Assembly (NCBI GenBank): GCA_963733035.1
Contig: CAVTBU010000005.1
Location: 512,001 to 576,000 of the forward strand
Length of the DNA: 64,000 nt
Origin: Pirellulales bacterium
GTDB taxonomy: Bacteria; Planctomycetota; Planctomycetia; Pirellulales; PALSA-1355
Direction of reading: 5' to 3'
Position numbers and translations under genes: made by a program. A model generated the notes under the pieces. The model had not been told where the DNA came from. It worked only from the letters and a program-made list of their open reading frames with translations, and ran no database searches. How positions within the stretch are numbered: position 1 is the first letter of the stretch; every line of letters starts with the position of its first letter. Below, one piece after another: positions 29,968 to 41,053 of this stretch.

Positions 29968-31389
29968 ATGCGCCTTGTCCTGCGAACTTTACCGCTCGTC
30001 GCATTTTTCCTCTTGGGTACGTGGGTTCACGCGGTGGAGGACGAGACCGCGCTCGACCGCTACATCGCCCAGCCCGATCCGGCCTACGCCTGGAAGCTCG
30101 CGGCAACGCACGCGGGAGACGGTTATACGACGTACATCATCGATCTGACGTCGCAAACCTGGCGCACCGAAAAGGACGTCGACCGGCCGGTGTGGAAACA
30201 TTGGCTGACGATCGTTAAACCCGACAATCTGAAGTATCATACCGGATTCCTCTACATCGGCGGTGGCGACAACGACGACGCCATGCCCAAAGATGCCACC
30301 GACCGCACCATCGAACTGGCGAAGTACACCGGCTCGATCGTTGCCGAACTGTTTCACGTGCCCAACCAGCCGCTTACATTTAGCGATTCGAAGGATGAGA
30401 AGCGCTACGAAGACAACATCATCGCCTACACGCGCGTCAAATACATCGCCACGCGCGACTCCAGCTGGCTGGTCCGCCTGGCGATGGTCAAGAGCGGCGT
30501 GCGGGCCATGGACGCGATGCAGGAGTTTTTTGCATCGGACGCAGGTGGAAAGTGGACGCTCAACGATTTCGTGGTGGCCGGTGGATCGAAGCGCGGCTGG
30601 ACGACCTGGTTGGTCGGCGTGGTCGACAAACGCGTCATCGCGATCGTTCCGATCGTGATCGATGCCCTCAACTCGGAAGTCATCACTCGCCACCATTACG
30701 AAGCTTACGGATTCTTCTCTCCGGCGCTCAAGGATTACGTCCGCCACGGACTGTTCCCCGGCAAGGTCGGCACGCCCGAATATCGCGAAATTCTCGCGAT
30801 CGAAGATCCCTATAACTATCGCCACCGCGAGCGACTGAAAATTCCCAAGTACATCATCAACGCCTCGGGCGACCAGTTCTTCCTGCCCGACAATTCTCAG
30901 TTCTATTATGATGAATTGCCCGAGCCGAAGTGGCTACGCTACGTCGAGAACGCGAAGCACAACCTGGCAGGAAGCGACGCCCGCGAAAGCCTCGCGGCTT
31001 TCTACCTGACCGTGCTCGAAAAGAAACCCCGTCCCACCTATACGTGGAGCCGCGAGAGCGACGGCGTGCTTCGGGTTTATCCCAGCGAAAAGCCGGCGGA
31101 GGCGAATCTCTGGCAGGCCACGAATTCCAAGGCTCGCGACTTCCGCGTTGACACAATTGGCAAAGCTTACACCAAGTCGTCCATCAAGCCGCAGAGCGAT
31201 GGAAGCTTCTTGGCACGCGTCGAAAAGCCCGCTACCGGTTTTACGGCGTACTTTGTCGAACTCGTCTTTCCAACCGGTCACGAGTACCCGCTCAAATTCA
31301 CAACGGGCGTCTACGTTGTACCGGACGTGCTGCCGTTCAAGATGCCGGCCAAAGGCGAGCCCGTGCAATTGGGCGAACCCACGAAGTGA
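29968..31389 (+). CDS. PqaA/AprA-family (PhoPQ-activated pathogenicity-related) secreted alpha/beta-hydrolase-like protein
   Basis: LTSQTWR, VPNQPL, GGSKRGWTTW, IPKYIINASGDQFFLPD. Confidence 0.9.
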   Translation: MRLVLRTLPLVAFFLLGTWVHAVEDETALDRYIAQPDPAYAWKLAATHAGDGYTTYIIDLTSQTWRTEKDVDRPVWKHWLTIVKPDNLKYHTGFLYIGGGDNDDAMPKDATDRTIELAKYTGSIVAELFHVPNQPLTFSDSKDEKRYEDNIIAYTRVKYIATRDSSWLVRLAMVKSGVRAMDAMQEFFASDAGGKWTLNDFVVAGGSKRGWTTWLVGVVDKRVIAIVPIVIDALNSEVITRHHYEAYGFFSPALKDYVRHGLFPGKVGTPEYREILAIEDPYNYRHRERLKIPKYIINASGDQFFLPDNSQFYYDELPEPKWLRYVENAKHNLAGSDARESLAAFYLTVLEKKPRPTYTWSRESDGVLRVYPSEKPAEANLWQATNSKARDFRVDTIGKAYTKSSIKPQSDGSFLARVEKPATGFTAYFVELVFPTGHEYPLKFTTGVYVVPDVLPFKMPAKGEPVQLGEPTK

Positions 31390-31425
31390 CGATTCACCGG
31401 TCGTTCCGCCCGGCGCGGTGGACTC

Positions 31426-31833
31426 TTAGAACGGCGGGATCGGTGGCGTGTTGACGCCATGCGTGCCGCCATTGCCACGAATGCCGACGGCTTGCAGTCG
31501 CAAATTCGGCAGTTGTACGTTCAGTCCACGTGCGCGGGCCGCAAGTGCTAGTTGGAAGTACTGCAACGGATGCCGCGTTTCCTGTTGCGCCCGCAGATAG
31601 GTGGTGACGACCAGCTTTTGCGGCAGCTTGCCGTCCTCCACAAGCTTGATAATCTGGCTGATGTACTGAAACTCGACGGGGCGTCGGGCTTTCAGGCCTT
31701 TTTCGAGTTGCGTCTGGAGGGTGAGCCCGGTCACGCCGCCCCCGTCGAAGGCCGGCAACGGGTCCTTGGCGCTGGCCAACCCGCAAATCAGCACCACGGT
31801 AAATACAGTCGGAAACGCGAAGCGTCGAAGCAT
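31426..31833 (-). CDS. Secreted hypothetical protein
   Basis: Signal peptide, GAGG RBS, LEKGLKARRPVEFQYI helical core. Confidence 0.7.
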   Translation of the reverse strand: MLRRFAFPTVFTVVLICGLASAKDPLPAFDGGGVTGLTLQTQLEKGLKARRPVEFQYISQIIKLVEDGKLPQKLVVTTYLRAQQETRHPLQYFQLALAARARGLNVQLPNLRLQAVGIRGNGGTHGVNTPPIPPF

Positions 31834-32115
31834 TGCCCAGCCTCCTCAGATTGGCGGCGCGATGGGATCCGAGCCTTGGCCCGGCTGCAAGATGGGAACG
31901 AGGCTTTTACTCCATCCGCCGGTTTGGGCACAAGGCGGCTTTGCGTCGAAAAACACCCCGGGCTGGACGCTGGGGGCTGCAACCGACCACAATCTCCACA
32001 GGTTCACTATCTTGTCGCCGGCCGAACCATTAGGTGGTGCGTGCCAGCAGCGCAACTGGCGACATTTTGGCCGCGAGGGTGAACCCAACGAATCGGCGCG
32101 GGTCCACAGGAAACT

Positions 32116-33564
32116 ATGAGTACCACTGCTTCGGCCCCCACTTCTGACCGCGCTGGTTCGCTCGGCGAACTACTCATCGTGGCAGTGCCGCTGGTGATCA
32201 GCTACACGTCCAGCGCCTTAATGTACGTGGTGGACCGAGTATTTCTCAGTTGGGATTCCGTCGAATCACTGGCGGCGTCGTTGCCAGCTGGCGTGCTGCA
32301 CTACAACCTGGCGGCATTGGGTATTGGCACGGTGGCGTACGCCAATGCTTTCGTCGGCCAGTATGAAGGGGCTGGGCAGCACCAGCGCGTTGGCCCCGTG
32401 CTCTGGCAAGGCGTCTACGTCTCGATTATTGGTGCCGCGCTGATCGCGCTTTGCGTTCCGCTGGCCCCAGCCATTTTCGATTGGTTCGAGCACGGCGAGG
32501 CGCTCCTGTCGCTCGAGATCGGTTACTTTCGCATTATGTGCCTCGGCACGTTTCCGCTCCTATTGGGAACCACCCTGGCCTGTTTCTTCAGCGGTCGTGG
32601 CAAGACGACCGTGATCATGGTGGTCAATATTCTGGCCACGCTGTTCAACGTCGCGCTCGACTACGTCCTGATCTTTGGCAAAGCCGGCATGCCTCGGATG
32701 GGCATCGAGGGGGCGGCTCTGGCCACCGTGATTTCATTTACCGCGATCGCATTGATGTACATTGTCATCATGGCGACGCGGCGCGATTACTTGCCATATC
32801 ATCTCTGGACCGGCCGATCGTTTGACCCCGAACTCTTTCGCCGCTTGTTGCGGTTCGGCCTGCCGAGCGGCTTTCAGCAGTTCTTGGACATCGCCTGCTT
32901 CACCGTTTTCATTCAACTGGTCGGCCGGCTTGGCACTGAGCAGCTTTCGGCCACCAGCCTGGTGTTCAATCTCAACTCGCTGGTATTTGTGCCGATGATT
33001 GGGCTCGGCACGGCGGTCACCGTGCTGGTGGGACATCGCATCGGCGAAGGCCGTCCACAGCTGGCAGTGCGCACTACCTGGCTGGCCGCGGGCCTGGGCC
33101 TGTTGTACGTCACGCTGTTCGCGGCGCTCTACCTGTTTGCACCGCAGGCGATTCTGAAACCGTACGGGCTGGCCGACAAAGAATCGCTCCGCGAACTCGT
33201 GGTGGGGCTGCTGCAGCTGGTGGCGGTGTACTCATTCTTCGACGCGCTGGCGATCGTGTTCAGCTCCGCCATCCGCGGCGCGGGCGACACGCGATTCGCG
33301 ATGGTGTTCTCGTTCTCATTGGGTCTTATACTGCTGGTGTTGCCCACGTACGTGGCCTCACTCTACGGTCAGGCCGGTTTTTACTACGCCTGGTACGCCG
33401 TGACGACGTTCATCATCGCGCTGGCACTCGGCTTTATCGCCCGATTCCAACAAGGCCGTTGGATGTCGATGCGAATTATCGAACACACGCTGCCCGAGTT
33501 GGAAGGCCATCCGCCGATGGAAGATGGCGAACAGCCGGAACAACTCGCCACGGCCATTCCGTAG
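32116..33564 (+). CDS. MATE family efflux transporter
   Basis: About 12 TM segments; VDRVFLS, LDYVLIFGKAGMPRMGIEGAALAT, RGAGDTR. Confidence 0.93.
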   Translation: MSTTASAPTSDRAGSLGELLIVAVPLVISYTSSALMYVVDRVFLSWDSVESLAASLPAGVLHYNLAALGIGTVAYANAFVGQYEGAGQHQRVGPVLWQGVYVSIIGAALIALCVPLAPAIFDWFEHGEALLSLEIGYFRIMCLGTFPLLLGTTLACFFSGRGKTTVIMVVNILATLFNVALDYVLIFGKAGMPRMGIEGAALATVISFTAIALMYIVIMATRRDYLPYHLWTGRSFDPELFRRLLRFGLPSGFQQFLDIACFTVFIQLVGRLGTEQLSATSLVFNLNSLVFVPMIGLGTAVTVLVGHRIGEGRPQLAVRTTWLAAGLGLLYVTLFAALYLFAPQAILKPYGLADKESLRELVVGLLQLVAVYSFFDALAIVFSSAIRGAGDTRFAMVFSFSLGLILLVLPTYVASLYGQAGFYYAWYAVTTFIIALALGFIARFQQGRWMSMRIIEHTLPELEGHPPMEDGEQPEQLATAIP

Positions 33565-33606
33565 GAGTGTTTCCAAATTCAGCCGTGTTCAACCGATGCG
33601 AGCGAG

Positions 33607-34980
33607 CTATAGACCTTCGGCCGTCCCCTCGGCGAGGGCTTCAGCGTCGTCTTGTGTATACGTGCGCTCACGATAGAACATTGCCACGAACACAAATACC
33701 ACCGCGGTCGCGACCATCAAACCCGCAAAGAGCCAGTAGTAGTCCGGACCGGTTAGTCGCGATTTGCCCGTTTCATCTTGAATGGCGAGGTTGATAACGG
33801 CTGTGATACCGTTACCGGCTGAAACCGCCAACAACCAAAGCGACATGACCACGGATTTGAGTCGCGGTGGCGCCTGCGTGTAGGAGAATTCCAACCCTGT
33901 GATCGAGACCATGACCTCCCCGGCCGTAATGATGGCATACGCAAAGAACTGCCAATTGATGCTTGGACGCTGGCCGTCGGCAATCCAACTTTCGATCATG
34001 GCCGACACGCCAAAAGCCGCCGCGGTCAAAAAGAACCCGATGCCAATCTTTCGTAGGTAGGTGAGCGGAAATATTTTGTTGATCGCCGGGTAGATCACGT
34101 AGGTGAAGATCGGAATGAACGTGAGGATCATAATCGGATTGGCCGCGTGTGTTTGTGCCGCGGACATCTCGGTGCCGAAGAAATGCCGGTCCATGTTTTC
34201 CGCCTGCAGAATCCAAGCCGAACCGGTCTGATCGTAGAGAGACCAGAACATCGCCACGAAGGCGTAGATCAACACGAGCTTGCCCAACACGGCCAACCCC
34301 TCGCGGCTGACCGCCTCCTTCAGAAAACCGACGCCGCCCGGTGGCACGTGCACGAACTTGTTCCGGCCTCCCCAGAACACGAGCGTCGCCAGACCCATGA
34401 AGATGCCGGGCACGCCGAATGCCCAGCTTGGACCGTAGTGGATCAACAAGTACGGCGTAAGTAGCGTCGAGAAGAACGCACCGAAGTTAATCGAGAAGTA
34501 GAACCACGAGTACACCTTTTCCAGCAGATGCTTGTTCAGAGAACCGAATTGGTCGCCCACGTTGGCCGACACGCAAGGTTTGATGCCGCCCGAGCCGATG
34601 GCGATCAGCGTCAAACCGAGTGCCAGGCCGATTCGAGTCTCGTCGAGCGCCAATGCGGCGTGCCCGGCGCAGTAGACGAGCGAAAGCCAGAAAATCGTGC
34701 GGTATTTGCCGAACACCGCGTCCGATAACAGCGCTCCCATGGTGGGAAAGAAGTAAACGCTAGACAGGAAGATGTGATACCAGTACTTGGCTTCCTCGTC
34801 GCTCATCGGATCGAGCGAACCGCTCGCGCCCATCAGGTGCTTGGTCATGAACACGACCAGGATGGCGCGCATCCCGTAGAAGCTAAATCGCTCGGCAGCT
34901 TCGTTGCCGACGATATACGGAACCCCGGGGGGCATGCCGGTCGTGGGAATCGGCGTGGTCAAATACTTCTGGGCGGCCAT
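33607..34980 (-). CDS. POT/PTR family proton-dependent oligopeptide transporter
   Basis: EAAERFSFYGMR, GSGGIKPCVSANVGDQF, FYFSINFG, GLEFSYTQAP. Confidence 0.95.
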   Translation of the reverse strand: MAAQKYLTTPIPTTGMPPGVPYIVGNEAAERFSFYGMRAILVVFMTKHLMGASGSLDPMSDEEAKYWYHIFLSSVYFFPTMGALLSDAVFGKYRTIFWLSLVYCAGHAALALDETRIGLALGLTLIAIGSGGIKPCVSANVGDQFGSLNKHLLEKVYSWFYFSINFGAFFSTLLTPYLLIHYGPSWAFGVPGIFMGLATLVFWGGRNKFVHVPPGGVGFLKEAVSREGLAVLGKLVLIYAFVAMFWSLYDQTGSAWILQAENMDRHFFGTEMSAAQTHAANPIMILTFIPIFTYVIYPAINKIFPLTYLRKIGIGFFLTAAAFGVSAMIESWIADGQRPSINWQFFAYAIITAGEVMVSITGLEFSYTQAPPRLKSVVMSLWLLAVSAGNGITAVINLAIQDETGKSRLTGPDYYWLFAGLMVATAVVFVFVAMFYRERTYTQDDAEALAEGTAEGL

Positions 34981-35200
34981 TTTGCGGAGTTCCGTGAGCA
35001 GCAGTTGCGGGCAGGGGGCAAACGCGGGTGTAACATAGCACCCTCCGCAAATCGAAGCCAGATTGGCATCCTTTGCGAACGGTCAGCGGCCCAACCACGA
35101 GAAACCAGCCATGCGTCGAAACGCCCCGTGCCCACGGCGTGGCTGATGCGTAGAATGGGTTTGCCGTTTTCTTCTCGCTCGCACCTCTCCAGAGAACTAC

Positions 35201-37132
35201 ATGCCTACGCGCCGCAGCCGTCAACGATTCGCCGAATATCGGTGGCAACTCCGCGAGCGGCGACGCGGCGGCAAACGCCAGCCGCACGATAGCCGGTCTC
35301 GGACTCCGCAGCATCGTTCGTTTTGGCAGCTGTTCAGGGCGTTTTGGGGCCTGTTGGCGGGTCATCAAGCCGCCGTCGTCTTCTCGCTGGTAACGCTCAC
35401 CGTGGCCACTCTACTGGCGCTGGTCCCGCCAGCAGCCACGAAGGTCTTGATTGAAAATGTGCTCGAAGGAAAGCCGCTCGAGCGACCGTTCTCGCTGGTT
35501 CTGCCGCAGTCCGCCGACCGGATGCACTTGCTCTGGTGGCTGGCGGGGGGAGTGATGGCCGTGTCCATTGTCGAAACCGCCATCAAGCTGTGGGGCCGCT
35601 GGTACGCCACGCGCACCGTCACGCGAGTTGCCGTCAACACGCGCCGCCTGGCCTTTGAACATGCCGTGCGATTGCCGCTCGATCGGGTCCACAATCTCAA
35701 GAGCGGCGGCGTGGCCAGCCTGCTCCGCGACGACGCCGGCAGTATCTCCGAGCTGATCTTCAGCATGTTGTACAATCCCTGGCGGGCAATCATCCAACTC
35801 ATGGGCTGCCTGGTAATTCTGGCTGTGATTGATTGGCGCCTGCTGCTTGGTTCGCTCGTCTTGCTGCCGGTGGTCTTCCTGACGCATCGCACCTGGATCT
35901 CGCGCATCCGGCCGCTCTACCGCGACATTCGCAACCAGCGGCAAGATATCGACAGTTCGGCAACCGAAGCTTTTGCCGGCATGCGCGTGGTCCGCGCATT
36001 TGGGCGCCAACGCAGCGAGGCGGGCCGCTTTACGCGCGAAAATCATTACATGGCCCGTCAGCAACTGCACGTCTGGTGGTGGGCCCGCATCGTGGAAGTC
36101 GTATGGGAAATCCTCATTCCACTTTCTTCCGCGGCACTGCTGTTGTACGGCGGCAAGCAAGTGCTCGACGGGACGATCGGCTTGGGCGACTTGATGATGT
36201 TCCTGGTCTACCTGGCGATGCTGCTCAGTCCGTTGGCGGTACTGGCCAATAGCGCCGCCGCGTTTCAGAGCAGCCTGGCGGGCTTGGATCGTGTGCTCGA
36301 CCTGCTGGGCGAGCCGCGCGAAATGGCCGACCGCCGCGGCACGACCCTGCTCCGCAAAGAAGACGTTTCCGGCCGCTTGACGCTGTGCGACGTCAGCTTC
36401 CGCTATCCTAGTTCCGGCGAGTTGGTGCTTCGGGACATCGATCTAGACGTGCAGCCGGGTGAAACCATCGCGCTGGTCGGGCGTAGCGGTGCGGGCAAGA
36501 CCACGCTCACGAACCTCGTCGCGCGATTCTACGATCCGACCAACGGCGTGGTCGAACTCGACGGGCAGGATCTCCGCTCGATCGACGTGGAAAGCTATCG
36601 CCGCATCCTCGGCATCGTGGAACAGGACGTGTTTCTCTTCGACGGCACGATCGCCGAAAACATCGGCTATGCCGTCCGCGGCGCCGACCAGAGACAGATC
36701 GAAGCCGCCGCCCAAGCGGCCAATGCCCACGAGTTCATCGTGGCCCTCGACCAAGGCTACGATACGATCATCGGCGAACGCGGCGTGCGGCTTAGCGGCG
36801 GCCAGCGGCAACGCATTGCCATCGCTCGGGCGCTACTGGCCGACCCTCGGATCCTGATTCTCGACGAGGCAACAAGTAACCTCGACAGCGAAAGCGAACG
36901 ACTGATTCAACAAAGCCTCGTCACGCTCATGCAAGGTCGCACCTCCTTTGTCATTGCCCACCGTCTCAGCACGATTGCACACGCCGACCGAATCGTCGTC
37001 CTCGAGGGCGGTAGAATCGTGCAAATCGGCACGCACGAGGAGTTGCTTGCCGTCAGTGGGCGTTATCGTGAGATGGTGGAAATCCAAACCCTCGGCGATG
37101 GAGCGGTCTCCAGTCTGAACGGTGCGTCCTGA
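35201..37132 (+). CDS. ABC exporter, fused permease/ATPase (MsbA-like)
   Basis: TM domain plus GRSGAGKT, LSGGQRQR, ILDEATS, IAHRLST. Confidence 0.95.
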   Translation: MPTRRSRQRFAEYRWQLRERRRGGKRQPHDSRSRTPQHRSFWQLFRAFWGLLAGHQAAVVFSLVTLTVATLLALVPPAATKVLIENVLEGKPLERPFSLVLPQSADRMHLLWWLAGGVMAVSIVETAIKLWGRWYATRTVTRVAVNTRRLAFEHAVRLPLDRVHNLKSGGVASLLRDDAGSISELIFSMLYNPWRAIIQLMGCLVILAVIDWRLLLGSLVLLPVVFLTHRTWISRIRPLYRDIRNQRQDIDSSATEAFAGMRVVRAFGRQRSEAGRFTRENHYMARQQLHVWWWARIVEVVWEILIPLSSAALLLYGGKQVLDGTIGLGDLMMFLVYLAMLLSPLAVLANSAAAFQSSLAGLDRVLDLLGEPREMADRRGTTLLRKEDVSGRLTLCDVSFRYPSSGELVLRDIDLDVQPGETIALVGRSGAGKTTLTNLVARFYDPTNGVVELDGQDLRSIDVESYRRILGIVEQDVFLFDGTIAENIGYAVRGADQRQIEAAAQAANAHEFIVALDQGYDTIIGERGVRLSGGQRQRIAIARALLADPRILILDEATSNLDSESERLIQQSLVTLMQGRTSFVIAHRLSTIAHADRIVVLEGGRIVQIGTHEELLAVSGRYREMVEIQTLGDGAVSSLNGAS

Positions 37133-37252
37133 ATCTGTGCCGATACTCTAGAGGTCCTGTCCACGAAAACCTTGCCACGCTTGGCGTTGGCAGGATAAGA
37201 TGACGGCTCCGGCACCCTCCCGCCCAACGCCATCCCCGAGGCCTCTGGCACG

Positions 37253-39499
37253 ATGCACGAGTGGATGCATAGAATCGCACGGCTGCACACCGTGGTCGCT
37301 CTGCTTTCCGCGCTGTTCGGTTGCGGTTCGCTCCATGCAGCGGACCTGCCGGCCTTCAACAATGGCACGTGGCCGTTTTGCCCGCCGCGGCGGCCCGAGA
37401 TTCCCGCCGTCGAAAACGGGGCCTGGGTCGCCAATCCGATCGATGCGTTCATCCTGGCTAAGCTCGAGGGCAAAGGGCTGGAGCCCAACGGAAAGGCCGG
37501 CCGACTGGCACTGCTGCGTCGGCTCACGTTCGATTTGACTGGCTTGCCCCCGACACTGGCCGAACAACAAGCCTTTTTGGCCGACCGGCAAGAGGGCGCC
37601 TTCGAGCGCGTCGTTGATCGCTTGCTCGACTCGCCCCACTACGGCGAGCGCTGGGCTCAACACTGGCTCGACGTGGTTCGCTATGCCGAGACCGACGGTT
37701 TCAAGGCCGACGAATTTCGCCCCGATGCATACAAATATCGCGACTACGTGATCCGGGCTTTCAATGCCGATTTGCCCTATGACCGATTCATGCGTCAGCA
37801 GCTTGCCGGCGACGAACTCGAACCGAACAATCCCGATGCCGTGGTGGCCACGGGCCTCAACCGGCTGTACCCCGACGAATCGAACGCGGCCGACCTTCGT
37901 CAGCGTCGGCAGGAGATCCACGACAATCTGACCGAGACCACGGCCCTCACCTTCCTGGGGCTAACGGTCGGTTGCGCACAGTGCCACGATCATAAGTTCG
38001 ATCCAATCACGCAAGTCGACTATTTCCGTCTGCAAGCGTTCTTCGCCACGCTGTTGCCGCGAGACGATGCGCCGGTGGCCTCACGTGACGAAATCGAGCG
38101 CTACAACGAGGAGCATGCCGTCTGGGAGCAGGCGACCAAATCGATTCGTGCCGACATCGAAACGCTGCTCGACCCCAAGCGTCAGGCCATGCTCCGAAGT
38201 ACGATCGAAAAATTCGATCCGGACATTCGCGAGGCAATCGTCACGCCCGCCGAAGAGCGATCCTGCATGCAACAGCAAATTGCCTTCCAGGCGATGCGCT
38301 ATGTCTCGCCGAAGATGGCCGGCATCACCGGTGACAAACTGAAGGGAAATGAGCGAAAACGATACGACGAGTTGGCAACTCAATTGGCCAGTTACGATCG
38401 TCTGAAACCTCGGAAACTACCCACGGCAATGGCGGTCGTCGATGCGTCGGCCGAGGCCCCTCCGACACACCGCCTGGCGCTGGGCAACTATCGCAAACCG
38501 CAAGAACAGGTGGAGCCGGGATTCCCGGAATTCCTCGGGGCCAGCGAACCCGTCATCGAGGCTCCTCCCGTCGGCGAGGAATCCTCCGGTCGCCGCGCGG
38601 CACTGGCCAATTGGCTGTGCCGCGAGGACCATCCGCTAACCGCGCGGGTCATGGTCAATCGCATCTGGAAACATCACTTTGGCATAGGCATTGTCGCCAC
38701 GCCGAACGACTTCGGCGCCATGGGCGACCCGCCGACGCACCCCGACCTGCTCGACTGGCTGGCGGTGGAGTTTGTCGCACGAGGCTGGAGCATCAAGGCG
38801 ATGCATCGCCTGATCGTTACGTCCTCTACGTACCGCCAATTATCGCTCATCGACGCCGACAATCCCTTGCAGGCTGAAGCGATGCGGGTCGACGGCAGCA
38901 ATCGTCTATTGTGGCACGCCCGACGCCGCCGTTTAGAAGGCGAGGCGATGCGCGATGCGATGCTCGCGTTGTCCGGCGATTTGCAGCTGCGAATGTTTGG
39001 ACCGAGTGCCCGGCCGATTCTTCCGGCCGCCATTCAACCCGGTTCAAATTGGGGAACCGACAAATCGCCGCAAGATCGCAATCGCCGGTCGGTCTACATC
39101 TTCGCCAAACGCAATCTGAAGTTCCCGCTGCTGGAAATTTTTGACCTGCCCGATCTGCACAACAGTTGTCCGCAGCGGACGACGACCACTACCGCACCGC
39201 AGGCGCTCGCACTGCTGAACGGCGAATTTTCGCTCGAGCAGGCCCGGCACTGGAGTGAGCGACTGGCGGCCGAGCATCACAATGACACCGGTGCGATCGT
39301 CCGCGGCGCCTGGCAGACGGCATTCTCCCGCGACCCCACGGCGGAAGAGCGTGTGGCGGCCGAGGATTTTATACGCACGCAAACCGAGATCATCGCCGGT
39401 CGCGCTCAGCCAGGCGACATGACACCGCCACTGGCCTCCGCACTGGTCGACTTTTGTCACGCGATCTTCAATGCCAACGAGTTCCTCTACATCGACTAA
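37253..39499 (+). CDS. DUF1549/DUF1553 (PSCyt2/PSD1) planctomycete protein
   Basis: NPIDAFI, LLRRLTFDLTGLPPT, YGERWAQHWLD, CAQCHDHKFDP, PLTARVMVNRIW, PQALALLN. Confidence 0.95.
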   Translation: MHEWMHRIARLHTVVALLSALFGCGSLHAADLPAFNNGTWPFCPPRRPEIPAVENGAWVANPIDAFILAKLEGKGLEPNGKAGRLALLRRLTFDLTGLPPTLAEQQAFLADRQEGAFERVVDRLLDSPHYGERWAQHWLDVVRYAETDGFKADEFRPDAYKYRDYVIRAFNADLPYDRFMRQQLAGDELEPNNPDAVVATGLNRLYPDESNAADLRQRRQEIHDNLTETTALTFLGLTVGCAQCHDHKFDPITQVDYFRLQAFFATLLPRDDAPVASRDEIERYNEEHAVWEQATKSIRADIETLLDPKRQAMLRSTIEKFDPDIREAIVTPAEERSCMQQQIAFQAMRYVSPKMAGITGDKLKGNERKRYDELATQLASYDRLKPRKLPTAMAVVDASAEAPPTHRLALGNYRKPQEQVEPGFPEFLGASEPVIEAPPVGEESSGRRAALANWLCREDHPLTARVMVNRIWKHHFGIGIVATPNDFGAMGDPPTHPDLLDWLAVEFVARGWSIKAMHRLIVTSSTYRQLSLIDADNPLQAEAMRVDGSNRLLWHARRRRLEGEAMRDAMLALSGDLQLRMFGPSARPILPAAIQPGSNWGTDKSPQDRNRRSVYIFAKRNLKFPLLEIFDLPDLHNSCPQRTTTTTAPQALALLNGEFSLEQARHWSERLAAEHHNDTGAIVRGAWQTAFSRDPTAEERVAAEDFIRTQTEIIAGRAQPGDMTPPLASALVDFCHAIFNANEFLYID

Positions 39500-39501
39500 T
39501 C

Positions 39502-40975
39502 ATGCCGAATTACTCCCACTTCCTGGGTCCGAACGTACCGCACTTTGCCACACCCGTCTCGCGACGCGATTTTTTGGCACGGGCCGGAGCGGGCTTCGGA
39601 AGTGTGGCGCTGGCGTCCCTGCTGTCGCAACAGAGCGCGGCGGCGACCACGAACTTGTCGACCAGAGGAATTGCGGACACGCCCTTTAGCGGTCGGTCCC
39701 ACTTTCCGGCACGGGCGAAGAACGTTATCTGGTGTTTTCTCGACGGCGGCCCCAGCCACCTCGATTTGTTCGACCCCAAGCCCCAGCTCGACAAACTCGC
39801 CGGTAACCCCCTGCCCGACAGTTTCGACCGTCCGCTCACGGCGATGGGCAAAACGGCCTTCACGCCGCTGATGGGCACTAAGCGCAAATTTGCTCAGCAC
39901 GGCCAGTCGGGCATTTCGGTCAGCGATTGGCTGCCGGAGATTGCTACCTGTGCCGATGAGCTGGCCGTCATTCGCAGTTGCCATGCGGACGGTTTGAATC
40001 ATGTTGGCAGCGTCTGCCAAATGAACACCGGCAGCATTTTGGGCGGCCGCCCGTCGCTCGGTGCGTGGTGCCTGTACGGATTGGGGAGCGAAAGCCAGGA
40101 TCTGCCTGGCTTTGTCGTGCTGACCGACAACGCCAGCGACCCGCCCGGTGGGAATCGCAACTGGGGCACGGGCTTCATGCCGGCTACTTTCCAGGGAACC
40201 AAGTTTCGCGACGGCAAGACACCCATTCTGCACGTGGCCCCGCCATTTGACACCGACGCTGTCCGACAGCGGCGAAAGCTCGATTACATTCAAACCCTCA
40301 ATCGGCAGCACCGCGGAGAGCGAGCGGTCGACGACCGGCTCGAAGCTCGCATTGCCAGCTACGAACTCGCCTTCCGCATGCAGGCGGCCGCACCCGAAGC
40401 GGTGGACATTGCGGACGAAACCGCCGAAACCCGCGCCCTCTACGGCCTCGACGACAAAGCCACCCATAACAACGGCCGCAATTGCCTGCTCGCCCGCCGG
40501 CTTGTTGAGCGGGGCGTCCGCTGCGTGCAGATCTACATGGGCTCGGGCAGCAAATGGGACGCTCACACGGATATGGAAGGGAACCATTCGGCCCGCTGCC
40601 GTGAGAGCGACCGCCCGATTGCCGGATTGCTAAAGGACCTCAAGCGCCGCGGCATGCTCGATGAAACGCTCGTGGTTTGGGGGGGCGAATTCGGCCGCAC
40701 GCCGATGAGCGAGAGTGGCAACGGTCGCGATCACAACCCTTGGGGCTTCACCATCTGGATGGCCGGCGGTGGCATTAAGAGAGGTATTACTTACGGCGCG
40801 ACCGACGAAATCGGCCTGTATGCCACCGAGGGGAAGGCGCAGCGTGAACGATCTGCATGCCACGATTCTGCATCTTTTGGGCCTCGACCATGAACAACTC
40901 ACTCTGATGCACAACGGACGCGCCGAACGACTGACTGGCGTGGCGGGTCGTATCATTACCGAAATCCTGGCGTAG
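39502..40975 (+). CDS. DUF1501 Tat-exported protein (frameshift near 40838)
   Basis: SRRDFL Tat motif, [38 protein letters not shown]; the tail [11 protein letters not shown] is in a second frame. Confidence 0.93.
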
Positions 40976-41053
40976 CTTCGCATACGGGCAAACTGCGAGC
41001 TACGCGCTGGTTGACCCAAAACATCACCGGCAATTTCCCAGGAGCGTACCGCC